In this document: positions 1-14,769 of the stretch, piece after piece
How positions within the stretch are numbered: position 1 is the stretch's first letter
How the letters are laid out: every line of letters starts with the position of its first letter
Assembly: GCA_013239625.1 (NCBI GenBank)
Contig: MU054187.1
Coordinates: forward strand, 11,429,231 to 11,493,230
Direction of reading: 5' to 3'
From: Lama guanicoe
Taxonomy: Eukaryota
Length of the DNA stretch: 64,000 nt
The notes under the pieces: model-generated
Seen by the model: the letters and a program-made list of their open reading frames with translations, nothing else
Told to the model about the DNA's origin: nothing
The model's database searches: none
Translations under genes and position numbers: made by a program

Positions 1-44
1 GTGTTTGAGAGTTGACATCGAATGTTAGTATAAAACCCTGAACC

Positions 45-215
45 AAGGATAAACAACAAGGTCCTACTGTACAGCACAGGAAACTGTATTCAATACCTTG
101 TAATAGCCTCTAATTGAAAAATAATATAAAAAGGAATATATGTACGAATGAATCACTAAGCTGTACACCAGAAATGAACACAACATTGTAAACTGACTAT
201 ACTTCAATAAAAAAG
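45..215 (+). mobile_element. L1 3' end fragment (artiodactyl-type)
   Basis: ggataaacaacaaggtcctactgtacagcacagg...acttcaataaaaaa with an A-rich tail. Confidence 0.75.
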
Positions 216-766
216 AAGACAAAAAGGGGAAAACAAAAAAAGAGAGAGAGATTCCAAGTTGGAAACAAGAAAATAAATATATTAAAAACAAACAAACAAA
301 AAAACCTGAACCAAAACAGAAGAGAACTGGAGTCATGACCTCACTCCACCTTGAACTTGTTTTGAGAACGTGCCCAGGCCAGGTTTCTAACCTATGTAAG
401 GCAGAGATAGGACCAGATTGATTCCTCAGTTCTCTTTCCTGTCCAAAATTATACTGTCATTTTATTATAATCACTGTAATTACATTGATTCATTTAAAAA
501 TGGTAATGTTCAAAGTGTAATCATAACACAGAATATATAAAGCCACGTGTGGATTAAATTGTAGTCATACTAATTCTGCTTCCTACCACTGGGGTGGAAG
601 GGCCAATATTTATTATTACCTGCAATAAAATGTTTCGCAAAGAATTCTTTTCGTAGCAAAACAAAGTAGACAAATTAATCAGTTTTCTAATTGGTCTTTT
701 TGCATTACAAAATGTATGTTACTTACAGCAAGTATTCTCTAATACAGGATTTTTTTCATTGTAACC

Positions 767-987
767 TTTTTTTATTGAAGTGTAGTGAGTTTGCAGTGTT
801 GTGTCACTTCCTGGTGCACAGCATAATGTTTTAGTCATACATATGCTCACATGTATTCCTTTTCATATTCTTTTTCATTATAGGCTATTACAAGATTCTG
901 TGCTCTACAGTAGAAACTTGTTTATCCATTTTATATACAGTAGCTAGTATCTGCAAATCTCAAAATCCCAATTTATCCCTTCCCACC
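767..987 (-). mobile_element. L1 3' end fragment
   Basis: Reverse complement of the same L1 3' end family (ttttattgaagtgtag...tcccaatttatccctt). Confidence 0.75.
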
Positions 988-2499
988 AATATGAGATGTT
1001 TTTTAATGTCGAGTTCACTTACAGTAAAACAAACACATATTCTTATTTTTATGAATTGTGATAGTATCGATTTTTGCTGAGTACACAAACAGAGGGATGG
1101 CACGCCGTAGGATGCTGTTTACTGAGCCACAGTGTGCTTGGAACTATACCAGACGTGGGTCTTGAAGAGATATGAAGTAACACCCCTGTCTTCCCCCCTA
1201 GACTTACAACCTAGTGGGAGAAACCACTCATGCGTCCAAGGTGACAGAAGAGTAAATCATAATTTTAACTTGGTTCAAAACTATGTACATTTTAGTTACT
1301 ACCAGTGAATTCCTGCGACCCCAAATCTAAGAATTACGTGGAGTAAAAGCTCAATAAGTATGTCATTTGTTACTTTAAATGAGATGCGACTTCTCTACAA
1401 CGTCAGGAATCTTCTGTAGTTTCTCTTTGCCGACCTAAAAATAAATGCCTTTGCCTCAAATGGTTCAAGGAAATTTTTCTAAGTATTATGTAACAGGTAA
1501 TCCTGGACAGAAGTGGCATGGCCTGAAGTCAACAATCACTATAATCAGGTCTTTCTGATCTTTCTCCCTGTCACCCAGCCCCCCTCCCACCTTCTTAAAC
1601 AGCTGTGAAGGGAAGTGTTTAATGGCTCCCAGAGAAAAGAAGGACATGGAAGGAGGGGTGGATGGTGTGTGAGTGATATGTTCAGACAGTGGTTAGGTTG
1701 ACTTGCCAATGCCAAAGGATAGAAAAACTTCAAACCACACGTAATATAAAGGCAATATGGGCGAGAGAAGGAAATTCACCTTAGGGAGCGGGAAAGAGAT
1801 CCAGTACATCTGGAGGGAAATAATTAGAAGCCCAGATAATCAACTGCAGAGCGCTGCCAGGAAGCGTGATGTTGAAAGAGGCCAGGGGTGATTACAAATG
1901 AGCCCCGGTGTTAGGAAGCAACGAGAAAGGCTGAGTAACGCGATGCTGACAGCGCTGGGGTGCTGCCTCATGACGCACGGGGTCCTGGTCGCTCTTGGAA
2001 CCAGTGTGATGGGTGAGGGCACATCTGGAATACTCCGTACATTTTTTACACCCCATTAACGCAAAGACACTGAAAACCTGGAGGGAGTTCTGAAGCAAAT
2101 AACATGGACTATTAAGAGACTTGAAGGAATGGTTTATAAGGGGAGGATTAAGGGAAAGGGCAATAGCCATGGCAATGGGTAGAAAACAGTGCTAAATAAC
2201 GAGTGAAACAATGAGGGAAGGGCAGGAATGACTTGATGTGGCTTCCCTGGGAGGAAAAAGCCCAGAGAACACAACTCAGGAAAGAAATCCAGAAACTAAT
2301 TAAGCAGGAAACGTCAGCCAGTGGGGAGAGAAGTTGTTCAGACTGGGGAAGAGAAATAGGTAACCTCTCAAGAAAGGTTTTCAGACGCACAAGTGCAGAA
2401 TTCAAGAGCAGGATTTCCTTGCCCTGCAGAACGATACAGTGTTTCAAATCAGAAGGCAGAGTTGAAAGGCTGTTGATAATGGTGATGCTAACCCTGATG

Positions 2500-2720
2500 T
2501 AAGCTCGCCAAGTACTGTTTGCAGTGATTTCCATATATTTTATTTTAATCCTCATGACAATCCTACCAGGGTTATTATTACCATCTTCGAGGTTTCACAG
2601 AAGGGGAATTGGAGGCACAGAGAGGTTAAGTAACTCACCTCTGGATGGATAGCTAGCCAAGAACAGAACCAGAATTTGAACTCAGGCAGGCTGGCTCCAG
2701 GTTTTATATTCCAAACCACT
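2500..2720 (-). mobile_element. MIR SINE
   Basis: gaggcacagagaggttaagtaact and ccagaatttgaactcaggcag match the MIR core. Confidence 0.7.
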
Positions 2721-5399
2721 GTGATCTTTCACTTCTTTGAAAATAGAAAAAGAGAAAAGGGGGGGGGAACCCCTGGGGATGAGGAGCCGGCCAGGGGAAG
2801 GAGCTGGGCTGGAGGTTAGGAAGTGGAAGGCTCCAGGAACCAGTCCCGTGCTGAGGTCGTGTTGGTGGGGTGTGGCCTTGGTCTGCTGCCTGTGACTCCC
2901 AGGTCGTGTGGCCTTTTGTTGAAAAAGAAACCCATCTTGTGGTGCTGTGTGAAAAGACGGCTGGTCTCTGAAGACAAAACCCCTCACTAGAAGAATTTCT
3001 ACTGCTTGCGGTCAGTTCAGAGGGAAATTCTGAGTCACATCTGACATAAGACCGTCTGACATTTTGTCCCACCCCAGCCCATCTGCTGGTGGGGGAGGGG
3101 AGGGGATCCTGGCCAAATCCTCAAGCAGTGGGTGTTTGCTAAGTGACCACTTGATTGATTCATTCGTTTGCAGATACAATATACAAACATTCATCCAACA
3201 AATAAACCGAAATTGCTGTGCTTCTCAGTCTTGAGTCAATTCTCCAGAGAAGCTCAGTCTGGTGAGGGGGATGCACTTCAGCAACTCGGACACTCTGCTC
3301 TCTGAAAATATTTAGACCAAATCAGCCTGTAAAAGATTACAACTTAAAGGAAACACAAAATTTAAAAAGTCTAGAACTTGTAGAATCCTCAGACCACTGG
3401 GGGCTCATGAACCCCAGGCCAAGATGGGGTTCAAAAGAGAAGGATTTTGTCCAGACACAAGCTATCAAACTAAACGGGATTCTGCAGACCAGGAGGGCCC
3501 ATCCAAGGTTGGGAGAAGGTGAAGTGACCAGAGCTGGTCTTCAGGAAGGTGGCAGTGAGAATGGAAAGACCCTGGGTCTGGACAGGAAAGCCGGTCAGGA
3601 GACTGAGCACACGTGAGGGGTGTCGAGTCATCAGAGAAGGAGGGACGGGTTCCAGAGCGCTTACCCCAGTGGAAGCTCCAGGCCGTGGTCACCGCTCAGC
3701 AAGGGGACCCAAAGGGCAGGTAAGGCAGGGAGATTGGCACACCCGGTGCCACTCTGAGAACTGAAGGCTACCTGAGGAAAGAAGTAAATTTGGAGGGGAA
3801 AATTATTCATTCCATTCTAAATGATTGCGTTAAGGAGCAAGGAGAAACCTCCAGATGGAGACGCCCTACAGCCAGTTGTAGATCAGAGATGAGAGCAGGC
3901 TGAGGTATCCCATGAAGACACAGAAATGATGTGCATTGACTACGCTGGAGATTCAGAAACGTGTGCTTTAAGAGCAATCCCAATAAAATGCCAGGGTTTT
4001 GGGAACTGTTTTCATCATCTCAAGCCAGTCATCCAAGGACTGTCTTTCTTCATGTATATAAGTGGAGGCATCTGTAAAATCTGTTTAATGAAGCCAGAAG
4101 GCATCTGGCTGGCCACAGGATGTGGCATCTCCCTAAAACAGAAGATTGAAACCCTTTTAAAAAATCATAAAAATTAAAACTTGCATGCACGTGGGTATGT
4201 TTGTATAGTTATAGGTGTGTATAAATATATGATAAATTCACACACATGTATGTACACATATACACATACCTACATATATGCATATAAAATAAAGTTCTCC
4301 TCGTCCTTCCTACTTGAAGGAAAGGCTATGAATGTGGCTAATGGGGTGACCAGACATTTAGGTTTACCCCAAATGGTGACCGTTCTCGGGATATAATTAT
4401 AGAGACCCCAAAGAGCACCCTCTTTCTCTCTCCAAATTGTGCCAACAATTTACGGCTAACCTTCTGATGGTTATTAGGTAACTGATTGGACTTCAAGATC
4501 CAACCCATTTTATTCCTGAAATCCCAACCTCCCTTACTTTCCCCTCCAACCCCCTCCTATGTCATCTTTGGTGGAGGACAGACTTGCAGTTTCTGTCTTT
4601 AAAAGGATCAGTAAGCTCTGCTGCCCAGTGGCCCTTCTTGGATGTGACCGTGCCAAAGCTACAGATATGAAGTCCTTCCCGTGGGCTCTTCAATGAGCAG
4701 TGCAGTTTCGTGGCACATATATGTCTATTACACACCATTCTATGAAAATTAGTCATCTGAGTTGTAACTCTACGTTGTCAGAATTTTTGATTTTCAGTAA
4801 TAAACGTGCATCTGTAAAATACACATAATGCAAACACCCATGACACAAAATACATGACATAAAAACCCCGACCCCTTCCCATCAAAACGTATTTTACTAC
4901 AGTTCCTCAGCTGGGAAAATTTGTACTCTCCTGATAAGCAAACACAAAGATAAGCTTTTCAATAGTGTTTTTTAATAATTCACAGCTCTCAAACAGTAGG
5001 TTAGAAAACTTACTTTATCACAAAGGCTGAACTTTCAGTATTCCAAATCTCACCTTGGCTACTTCTCCCATTGTTACATCAACTTAACAAAAAGATATAT
5101 TCTGCTTTTAACCCAGCAGAATCACAAAAAATCCATCCCGGTCAAACTACCCTACATATCATGATCATTATGGTGATTTTACTGAACTGTAATCCATGTA
5201 CTTGGGTGCGACTTTTATTTATTCAGAAGGGAAATATGTATGTTACCTTGCCAAGTATGTATGTTACCTTTGGCATCTAGTGTGACCTGGGTTAACTTTA
5301 GTTTCATTGTCCTTTTTTCAAGTCATAATTTCATATTGATGCATTTAGTTGTGATTAATCATTTCATCTGAGAAAATAATCCTGTCTTGCCCATTGCAG

Positions 5400-5551
5400 C
5401 CTTTTTTGGAAAATACCTCAACGAATATAATGGCAGCTACATCCCTCCTGGGTGGCGAGAGTGGCTTGGATTAATCAAGAATTCTCGTTTCTATAATTAC
5501 ACTGTTTGTCGCAATGGCATCAAAGAAAAGCATGGATTTGATTATGCAAAG
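5400..5551 (+). CDS. SULF1: SULF1 coding exon (window exon 1, 152 bp): [51 protein letters not shown]
   Basis: Translation matches the Sulf-1 sulfatase domain. Acceptor ttgcag ends at 5399; donor gtaatt starts at 5552. Confidence 0.97.
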
Positions 5552-6094
5552 GTAATTTTCAGGCACTTTTACACTGCATCAATTTACTTTGCGTGTAATG
5601 GGGAAAAGCCATTTTCAGCGTGTTAGCCTGTCCGCAAGATTGGCTTTCTATGTTCTCACAGTATTAGAATGAGAAATTGTAAGGTAATTTTAAACTCGGG
5701 GCAAGAAAAATACTCTCAAAGAACACTGACTTTGAATAGTGATTTTTTTTCCCTCTTCATTAGGATGAAAGGCAATCAGTCTTTGGTGAAAAGTATTATC
5801 AAGAAAACCATAGATGTCTCCACTCTGGTGATAATTTTTGGTTTTTCCTCCCTCTCAAGGACTTGTCCACCTAATCAAATGTTCATCTTGTACTGTTTTG
5901 CTTTTCAATGGGGTGAAAGTATATTTTGTCTGTGCCTTCAGATTTAGATATAGGAGAAAGAGCAGATAAGTGCAATGATCAGAAGTTGGGAAACCGCATT
6001 CTTTGTTTTCAGGCTTGTCTGGCCAGGCTTTGATATTAACAAGGGCACCTGCCCCATGGCAGCCAGAGTCTGCAGACAAAAGTCTGCAAGGCTG

Positions 6095-6266
6095 TCAGTC
6101 CTAGGATTTCGAAATCAGTTCATAGAAACCAAATGGCCATGTCCCACAGTTCAATCTTAGGATTTCCAAATCAGTTGGTAGAAACTGAAATCAACAAGCC
6201 CCGTGGTTCAATCCTAGGATTTCCAAATCAGCTCATAGGAAATGAAATGGACAGGCCCCATGGTTC
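6095..6266. repeat. Tandem repeat, three copies of a 56-57 bp unit
   Basis: Units start at 6095, 6151 and 6208 and share tca-tc-taggatttc-aaatcag. Confidence 0.85.
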
Positions 6267-7971
6267 TCTGACAAATGGACCCTGGATTATTAGTCTTTTT
6301 AAAGTTCATGCAGGTTTTGTGATTGCCAGCTTAAAATAAAACTATTTCCAGATTGCAGGAGTGGTGGGGAAAGTATCTTTGAATTTAGCCCCTGCTAATT
6401 AGCTTAAAGTATATCCTCTTTCCTCTAGCCATATCCATCTCTTCCTTATTTACCTGAAAGAAGCTGAGAATCTGCTCTATCTAGCACAGATCACTATGAA
6501 AAGCCACTGGTAGGAATCAGAAAGGGGGGCTTGATTTAATTTGGGCACATTGCTGTCTCTATGCTTGGCCTGGTTTGAGCACAAGGCACTCGGGAGGAGA
6601 TAAGGTTTAAGTCTTGTTCTTTCATACTCTTCAGAAAACAGTGAATGCAAATGAATTCACAAACATCGCTAATAGGTTTCCAAAACTCATCAAAGTTGAG
6701 AGCTGGCAGGGACCTTGGAGGCAGATTTGAGCAGTGCCCTACAAAGTGCACTAATTGTCACTGCTCTCATTTTTTCATCTGTGGGGATGCTTGTCATGCT
6801 CCTGGTTCAAGCTATTAACCTTTCTTTCCCTGTTGTCCTAAGGAGAGCAAAGTAATCAAGGTTCCCTCCAAAGACTAAATCAGCGTAACTTGCCCATTAT
6901 CACAGCTGATTAAGTGTCAAAGACAACTGTGTCGAAAAGAATCCAAGTCTTTTTTTAGGGAGGAAAGGAGTGAAACAGACACTCCCATGGAAGAAGGTGA
7001 TAGCCTGCGGACTTGTCCCGACAATGACATGTGACAGATTGCGTTCCTCGGGTGCTGCTTTTGCAGCTGTGCGGGTCCTTGAATCGACATGTGATTAGTC
7101 ATGCCTAGAAGCCTCTGACTTTTGCGTATTGCCGGGGTGCTCTCTGAATAAACTCTAGACGGGAGCTCCAGACCAGTGATACACACTTATAGGAAGCAGG
7201 TGTTTTAATTTAAGTTTTCATCTTTTCTTTCTTTTTTATTCCATTTCTTCCCTCCCCATTAGAGTCTTGCATCAGCCCCTCGGACTGCGGGTTAAGTCAT
7301 TTTGTTAGCAAGTCAGGCTTTAATCCCAGCAGCTGGGCCATTTTAGCTGTGCAATTAACAGAGCATCATCTGCAGGAAATAAACTGCTCCCCATATTTAG
7401 CCTTTCAAATAAATTAATTGATAAAACGTGCCCGCTTTTCCCCGTGCACCCAGATTTTGACCACCACTTTCATTAGTAATCCTCACAGGTGACTTTTTAA
7501 TTTAAAGAAAAGCTCTTTCCTTTTGTTTGCACATTTATGCGTCTGTGTGCGCTTATGTATTCTGCAACTGTGAATTTGTAGTGGGCGTGGGTGTTTCCTG
7601 CCCTTGAAGTAATTAAATTTTTTGGTCAACGAATTACATCAGCGAAACCTGAGAATGAAATAGGTATCCGGTGTTTCATGTACTCCAGCATTTGTATTGC
7701 CAGATCTGATCATTATCTTGGGTAAATAGGACTGGATTTTTTTTTTCCTAATTGCTAAGTTGTACATTACTTTAAAAAAAAAAAGTGCATATTACCAAGC
7801 TAGCAACCCCGGAAAGTTACTGGCCAGTGATTTTTGGATTACGGAAAAGGCTTTGCTGCTTTGGAAAGTACAGTTTCCCTTCCTCCTTAAGATCTTACCA
7901 CCCCATTCAGTGAGTTGCGCCTGAGGGAAAGCAGTATTCAGATATGATCTGATGAATGTCACCTTTTGTAA

Positions 7972-8172
<201 letters not shown>

Positions 8173-10000
8173 TGAGTAACACCTCAGCTCTGGGACCTGC
8201 TGAACGCGGCCCCTTCCTGCGCTGTGCACCTCGCTCCTCCTTTTCACCGTTTCCTTCCCCCCTGCATCTCCACGAGGCAGGAACACCGGCTTCTCCCCAG
8301 AGACTGTGAAACCAAGGGCTTTGTGTAGGTGCTCTGATTAGGAATCACATTTCCATCATTTGTAGGCAGCTAAATGAAAAGAAAAGAGAAGCACATTGGG
8401 GAGTGGGGGTGATTTTTATAAAGGGTTTCCTTCTGTTGTCTTAATCTGCATGAACACGATCTAATAATAATAATGGTCAAATGGTATGGTTTTGATAGCA
8501 ACAGAGTGGCGACCTGGTCTGGTTTTAGAAACGGGGGTTAATTTCCCGGGGGCGTGCTGCCGCAATTTGAGCTGCTGCAGAAGGCAGCTGGGGAGGGCTG
8601 GCCTGAGAGGCCTTTGCAGGTCAGGGCTTTAAAAATAACCTGATGTTTCTTTTTGAGAGGGAGGAGCCTGGGCGGGGAAAGGGTGGGGAGGCACGGAGGA
8701 GAGGGCTCACGGCACATGGGGGCGAGACAGGGCAGAGAGCTATCTTACCCCAGTCACTCTCACTAGCCTAGGGTGGAAAGGTCTGGATCTCAGGCAGCAA
8801 AGGACGTGCTTTTGTTTTTCACTCCATCGTTGCACTTTCTTCCCCACTGCAGTAATACACAGCCTACCATGCAGAGCAGCTGGCTCTGTGTTCGCTGAAA
8901 GTTTGACCGGCGGAGAAGTAGGGAACAGGGAATTGATGTGTTTCCTTCATCACGAAACCTGCAGAATTCATTCTTAGTCTGTGCTTAAACATCATCCCTT
9001 TCATCCACACTGATTTTCTAGCTATGATCCCAGACAGAAAAAAAATTAAAAGATTAAATACACTTCCTTATGAAAAGAGATAAGTAACTAGTTGCTGGCT
9101 ACATATCCCTGGAAAACCCCCTCTATACTGATTTTTTATCTTATTATAACTAATAAACTGACGGCTGCTGGTCACTGGTGTTGAGATCCTCTCTATCCTA
9201 TCAAGTGACTGAGAAAGAACGAAGGACAGGAGCTAACAATACTTAACGAAGCCAGGAGGGAGCATGCCTGGGAACTTGGGGGATGGGTGTGTTTTAATGC
9301 ATAAAATATTGTCAGCAAATAAAGAACCTGGGAGTATGGCCTAGATGAGCCATTGTGTTTTGGAACCAACCCTATGCATGGGTATACAAGCCTCTGAAAA
9401 TCAACTTGAGTGTAACCGTGCAGCTGAATTCCTGAATGAAGCCCATGAGTGGCCAGTGGCTCTCTGCCACAGATCCCTGACATGTTTAGTGACCAGCTGG
9501 TTCAGTGTGAGAAAAAAGTCTTTGCAGTCTTCTTCTGTACCCTAGGACCCACCTTTCTTTTTTCTTTTGAGTCAGAAATCACCTCATGTATCTTCCCTTG
9601 TTGCATTAGCGGAATCCCAGCCTAAGGTGACTTTCTACAACCGTAAACCTGAGTTTGAGGAGCAGAGGTTGACAAAATGAGGGGTTTTATGACTTGTTAG
9701 AAGTCAGCCTGCCTTTGAAGCTTCAGGACAAGGTCCTGAGCCTCCAGGAAAATATGCCATTAAGAGGTTCTGACACCTCAGCGGCATGCACAGACAGCAA
9801 CGCAGGGTGAGAGGAATCTGTAGAGTTCTTAGGGCCTCGGTGATAGCTTAAAAAAAAAAAAGCATCTCTGATTCCAGCAATTAAAAATTCTGTTTAGTTC
9901 CATAAATATTGGCGAGTATGACCTGTGACGTTATACAGCACAGCGGGGATGTAGGCATGAGGAAGACAATTGCTAACCCTGAAGAAGCAATGACCTAGGA

Positions 10001-10217
10001 CAGAAGTTGGCACACGGGGGCCAAGCCCGGCTTGCCACCAGTTTTTATCAATAAAGTTTTATAGAAACAGTCACGTGCATTCATTTAGGTATTGTCTGTG
10101 GCTGCTGTCGCAATACAGCTGTGCAGCTGGGCAATTGTGGCCGAGACCTCACGGCCTGCTGTGTCTGAACCATTTACCGTGTGACCCTCTACAGAATAAG
10201 TTCATCCTGGGCCCCTG
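10001..10217. mobile_element. MER58-like hAT-Charlie DNA transposon (non-autonomous)
   Basis: cag...ttggc and cccctg ends; internal aataaagttttatagaaacagtcac and cattcatttaggtattgtctgtggctgct. Confidence 0.7.
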
Positions 10218-10729
10218 CTCTGGGCGGGGAGACAGGCAGGTGTCCAAACAGCCTCGTCAGCAGTGGGCCCAGAAGTAAGGACCAGGGCTGGGACGCCAGG
10301 GGCCGTGGGAGTCTGGAGGAAGAAGCAGGCACGTCTTTTGGAGGAACCAGCAAAACGTCAGGACCCAGGAGGCATTCAAAGTGGGTCTCAAAGGACAGGC
10401 AGAATTTCTGCAGGTGACCTGCAGAATTTGCAGTGATGATTTCAGGAAGAGACTGTGGTATTGAAAAGTGCTCACCATATAAGTGACGCCATCTGTCTTG
10501 TGACCTGGGATGTGGGGAGAGCGATGAGGGATAAAGCTAGAAGGAGAAACCCACAGAATATTGAGGATTTGCATGAATTTATACATAACCATAAGCAGAG
10601 AGTCACTGGGGGGCACTTAGTAAAGGCAGAGTGACATCACATGTGACGCGGTCATTTTCACACGCCGTAGTTGGCGTTACTCCTTTCTAGTTCCTTCCTA
10701 GCGCGTCTGTAAAGCGGGATCTGCACGTG

Positions 10730-10865
10730 GCAGAGTGGAAAGTGCTCAGGGCTCGGGGGCGAGCAAGTGTTGGGTTCCTAGCTCAGCTGTCCTCACTGAG
10801 CTTACGTTCAGTTTCTTTAACCTCTCAGAACCTCCATTGTCTTGCTTGTAAAATGGGGGCAACAC
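10730..10865 (+). mobile_element. MIR SINE (degenerate)
   Basis: ttaacctctcagaacctcc...tgtaaaatgggg core. Confidence 0.55.
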
Positions 10866-12170
10866 CAGCACCTGGACATGGTGTCATGAATAGCAGTTAA
10901 GAGCGGCCCCACCTCGGGCCAGGACACAGAAGCCACTGCCTAGATGATAATTTTCATTGATCCTTTCAGTTAAGACGAACCCTGTACGACTGCTCTTTCT
11001 GGATTTGCTCTTTCTCCAAAACTTGCCATTTCATTTGGTTCACCTTAACATGCAGGGGAAGCAGCTAGAGAAAGGACGAGCTGATACTTGTCTGTCATGA
11101 GCTGACAAGGCTCTTGACGAGCTAAGACCCGCATTGTGACAAGGCCCGCACACCTGGCTATTCAAAAACACAGACAAGAGCAGCACCCACCCGGGCCGGG
11201 TTATCTTTTCCAGGTGCAGAATGTGCTATGGGCAAGCGCCGGTCTGGAGAACATCTTTAGCCACAGAAAATGAACATCCCCGCAGTGGGCTGAGTGAGTC
11301 AGCTTCTGTCCGCGGCTAAGCCCAGGGCTTGGGTGCACCTACAATGAGGAGACATGCTGTGTCTCCCGCGAGCTTAGAAGCCTTGAATTCCGGGCATCTT
11401 TGCTGCAAAGGGCCAGACAGAGACCGTGTGCATCTCTTGTCACTGGGAGGGCCTTCCCAGGTTCACAGTTCAGTCCACAGACAAAAGGAGTGGGACAAAC
11501 TGAAGACAAGCTTTGCGCTGTGGTGCTCAGGGCTCCTGAACGGCTGGCTGCCCGAGCGGGAGCGTCAGGGAGGCACTCAAGCAAAGGGATGCGAGCAGTT
11601 AAGTGCTTTGCAGAGATGTTTGGCAGGCCCTATGGAAACACAGCAAGAAGCTGTAGACTCTCCCCTGGCCGGGGGATGCAAGCCTTGTGAACGCTTTCCT
11701 TGAGGTCGCCTTCCTTGGTGGTCAAGCATTATCCGGATGCCTTTCATCCACCTGGGGTTAGAGGGGTCTGACCTGCTCAGCCTGGAGCCAGTGGATCATG
11801 TTTCCACAGTGTTTGCCGTTCCCAACAAAGGAAGGAAGCCAGTCCAGTACCGGCTTGTTGGCTTTACAAACTGAGGCTAGAGGTTACGCCAACCAGCAAA
11901 GGATGAGAACGGATGACCAACCACTCGGGAGGGGCGGGAGGCACAGTGGCTGAGCCACTCATGGCTTCTGAGAAATCGAAGGGGCCTCCTTCATGACAAC
12001 ACAGATCATCATCCTTGTCACAGAGCCCTTCCCTCTGGCAGGGACCCTACTGCACTTCCCAGTAAGTCATCTCCCTGGGGTCCTCATCGTAACGCTGGAT
12101 CCTCATCCTTGCCGGGCATCACTCTTCCCTGATGGCCTGGGTGAAGTGAGAATGTACACCTGTGAGCAAA

Positions 12171-12192
12171 ACACACACACACACACACACAC
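12171..12192. repeat. (CA)n microsatellite
   Basis: Uninterrupted ac run. Confidence 0.9.
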
Positions 12193-13433
12193 GCTTAAGG
12201 GAAATCTAAAATCTCAGTGGAACAATCCACATCTGCTAACTCGCAGGCATTGTTCTGAAGGTGGAGTCTTGAGATGAGCGTAGCCCGTCAAAGGGAAACC
12301 GCAGTGCAAGCCTCAGAGCGAAGTTTTGGAAACACCTTTGTTACCGAAAGTTGGAAAGAAATTTCTTGCCTTAAAAGGAATTTGCCCATTCTCACTTCGT
12401 TGCTTCCACAAATGCATAAAAGGAAATGCTTTCAGAGATGAGAGGATTTTAAATTCTTCATAAACATCTCTGACTTGGGCAGAATTAATCGCTCCCTTTC
12501 CTGCATTTCCACGTTGTTCTTCTGTCTGTCGTTTACTGCACAGCCCATTGCACCAGCTGTTTGCCCAGATCTCTGAAGTCAAAATGCACAACTCTAGGGG
12601 GCAGTGTTCACACTGAAGACCACGTCAGTGGTGCCCTGCTGGTATGCAAAGTGGCACTTTCCTGAAGGCAGGACGTGGTGTTGCATCCTTACCTCCTTGT
12701 GTTTGGTGAGCATGGCTCCCGCGGCCTTGGTCCTACAGTCCCATTTTTGTTCAGCAAATGAATAAATATGTTCCTCCACCAACTGGGTGACATAAAACCT
12801 CTTTTAAAATAGTATGAAAAATAGTTGAACAATCGATTTTATGAATAAAAAGGGCACCTCGAGATAGTATAATTCCATAAATTTTTAGATTAAAAAATGA
12901 ATATCCAAAGTTTATGTAAAAAAAAAAAAAGGCCCAGTGGCTTTGCCCAGATCACCTAAGTATAGAGTCCTGGACCCAGGTGATCCTCCAACCACCCCAG
13001 TACTGCTCAGTACCCATCACAGTCACAATTAACAGTGCATGTCTTCCCTGTGAATGTATTTGCACAATTCTCACTGGCGTTTGCAGCATCATTGGAAGAC
13101 TCTTTAAATTAGTTTTCTGATACACTTTTTTATTTTTAAGTGTTAACGATAAACCTATAATCAAGAGCATTTGGTACTATCCTGAATGTGTTCAAGTGAA
13201 CTCGGGGGGTGTGGGGGTGGGGAATAGCTCCACAAAGTCAATTAAATTAAATAAGTTTAATTTTAGTGAAAGCTGAGATGGTGTTGCTTGGGAGATTAAG
13301 TATAGAATTTCCAATTTAATGCTTTGAGTGTATGTGTCTTAAATCTGTACAACTAGCTCATTCTGGGAGTTGAGATCTGTTTCTCAGTGAGTGATGGTCC
13401 TGCTACCAATAAGGTCTTAGGAGTTCGGGGTTT

Positions 13434-13584
13434 GGGGGAGGGCACAGCGCAGTGGTGGAGTGCGTGCTTAGTTTACACAAGGTCCTGGGTTCAATCCCCA
13501 GTACCTCCGTTACAAAATAAGTAATTACCTACCCCCCCATGCAATAAAGTTTAAAAAAAGAAGTTTTTTCAAAAAACAAAAAAA
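13434..13584 (+). mobile_element. tRNA-derived SINE (Vic-1-like, camelid)
   Basis: gggggagggcacagcgcagtgg head, ggttcaatcccc B box, taattacct tail motif and A-rich end. Confidence 0.8.
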
Positions 13585-14769
13585 GAGGGGTTTTGTTGCT
13601 GTATGAGACTAAATAACAAATGAAGAAAACACACGTTCAAATATATAAAACGCTTGAAATACATTTATTTTCTCTGAGGTGACAGCAGAGGCCACCAGCG
13701 GTAAAAATGAACTGCTAAGTTCCTTGCATTTCCCCAAGTATGGATTTAATATACAACACATGCATTTCTTGGAACTATTTCTGTGCTAGTAAGAATTATT
13801 CTCCTAAAAGATCCACCCATGAAAACGCAAGATGACATGCTTGATTTTCAGAATTCTTGTTCCCGTTCTGTCAGTAAGCAATACTAGCAAGAAGGCCAAA
13901 GCCCAGGGAGAGTGCGCATCAAGGCCAAGGTGGCTCTTGCGGCGCGGAGGTCTGAGGGGTCAGTGAGATGCTGTGCTGAGCCATAAATCTAAGCAAACAA
14001 GGACTAGAGAAGAGCTACCTGCAGGGAGGCCCTGCCAGGGCAAGCGCACGTTTTTAAGTCCTGAAATAATCTGTTGAGGGTCAAGGTGTGCTCCTGAGAG
14101 AGTGAGGTCTGGTGCTCGCGGCTCTGGGCAAAACACGGATCTGAACAGACAACAGGAAGTCTCACCAGGCCAGGCACGTGTGACTGGAACTCTGACATGG
14201 ATTTTGGGTTTTTGAGGTTTTTGGTTTTGTTTCTAAGAAAGCAACAGAAACTCAAAAACGACAATTTGGTCCTTTGTTCTCTCCATTTGAAAGCAAAGAG
14301 CCAGCGTTGTTTACCTTTTTGCTGATGCCTCTGGTGTGCCTGGAAGGGTCAGACTTGATCCTGGATTTGCAACAAATGTAGACCCTCGGCAGCTGGTGGG
14401 GGGGCTTCTGAGTGGGAAGCAGAAGCGGCTAATATTTTAAATCAGGAGGAAGGCTAAGCCTTCCAGGACTTTCTTTTCAAAGAAAGAAATGTATGTATCT
14501 GTTCTCCTCCTACTGACTGAGATTTTGAAGTGCTTGTTGGGGACGGTGGTCCAGGGTGACGTCATGGAAGGAGCAGGGGTGCAGCACCTTTTCTGAGCCC
14601 CCTGTGTGCACTTTACCTTCTCATTTGTAAGGCGGGGAGGAGGCGCCCTGCCTGCTCCTCGGGGCTGCGCAGCCAGCACATGGGAGCTCCCCGGCCACCT
14701 GTCGGTGCAGGTGTGATGTGGTCCCAGCATTTGTCCTCTGGAGTCACTGGAATCCCTTTGGGGCCTCAC

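Noticed and set aside
6095..6266. CRISPR-like repeat-spacer pattern
   Set aside because: The 'spacers' are homologous to each other, the context is a mammalian intron, and there are no cas genes.
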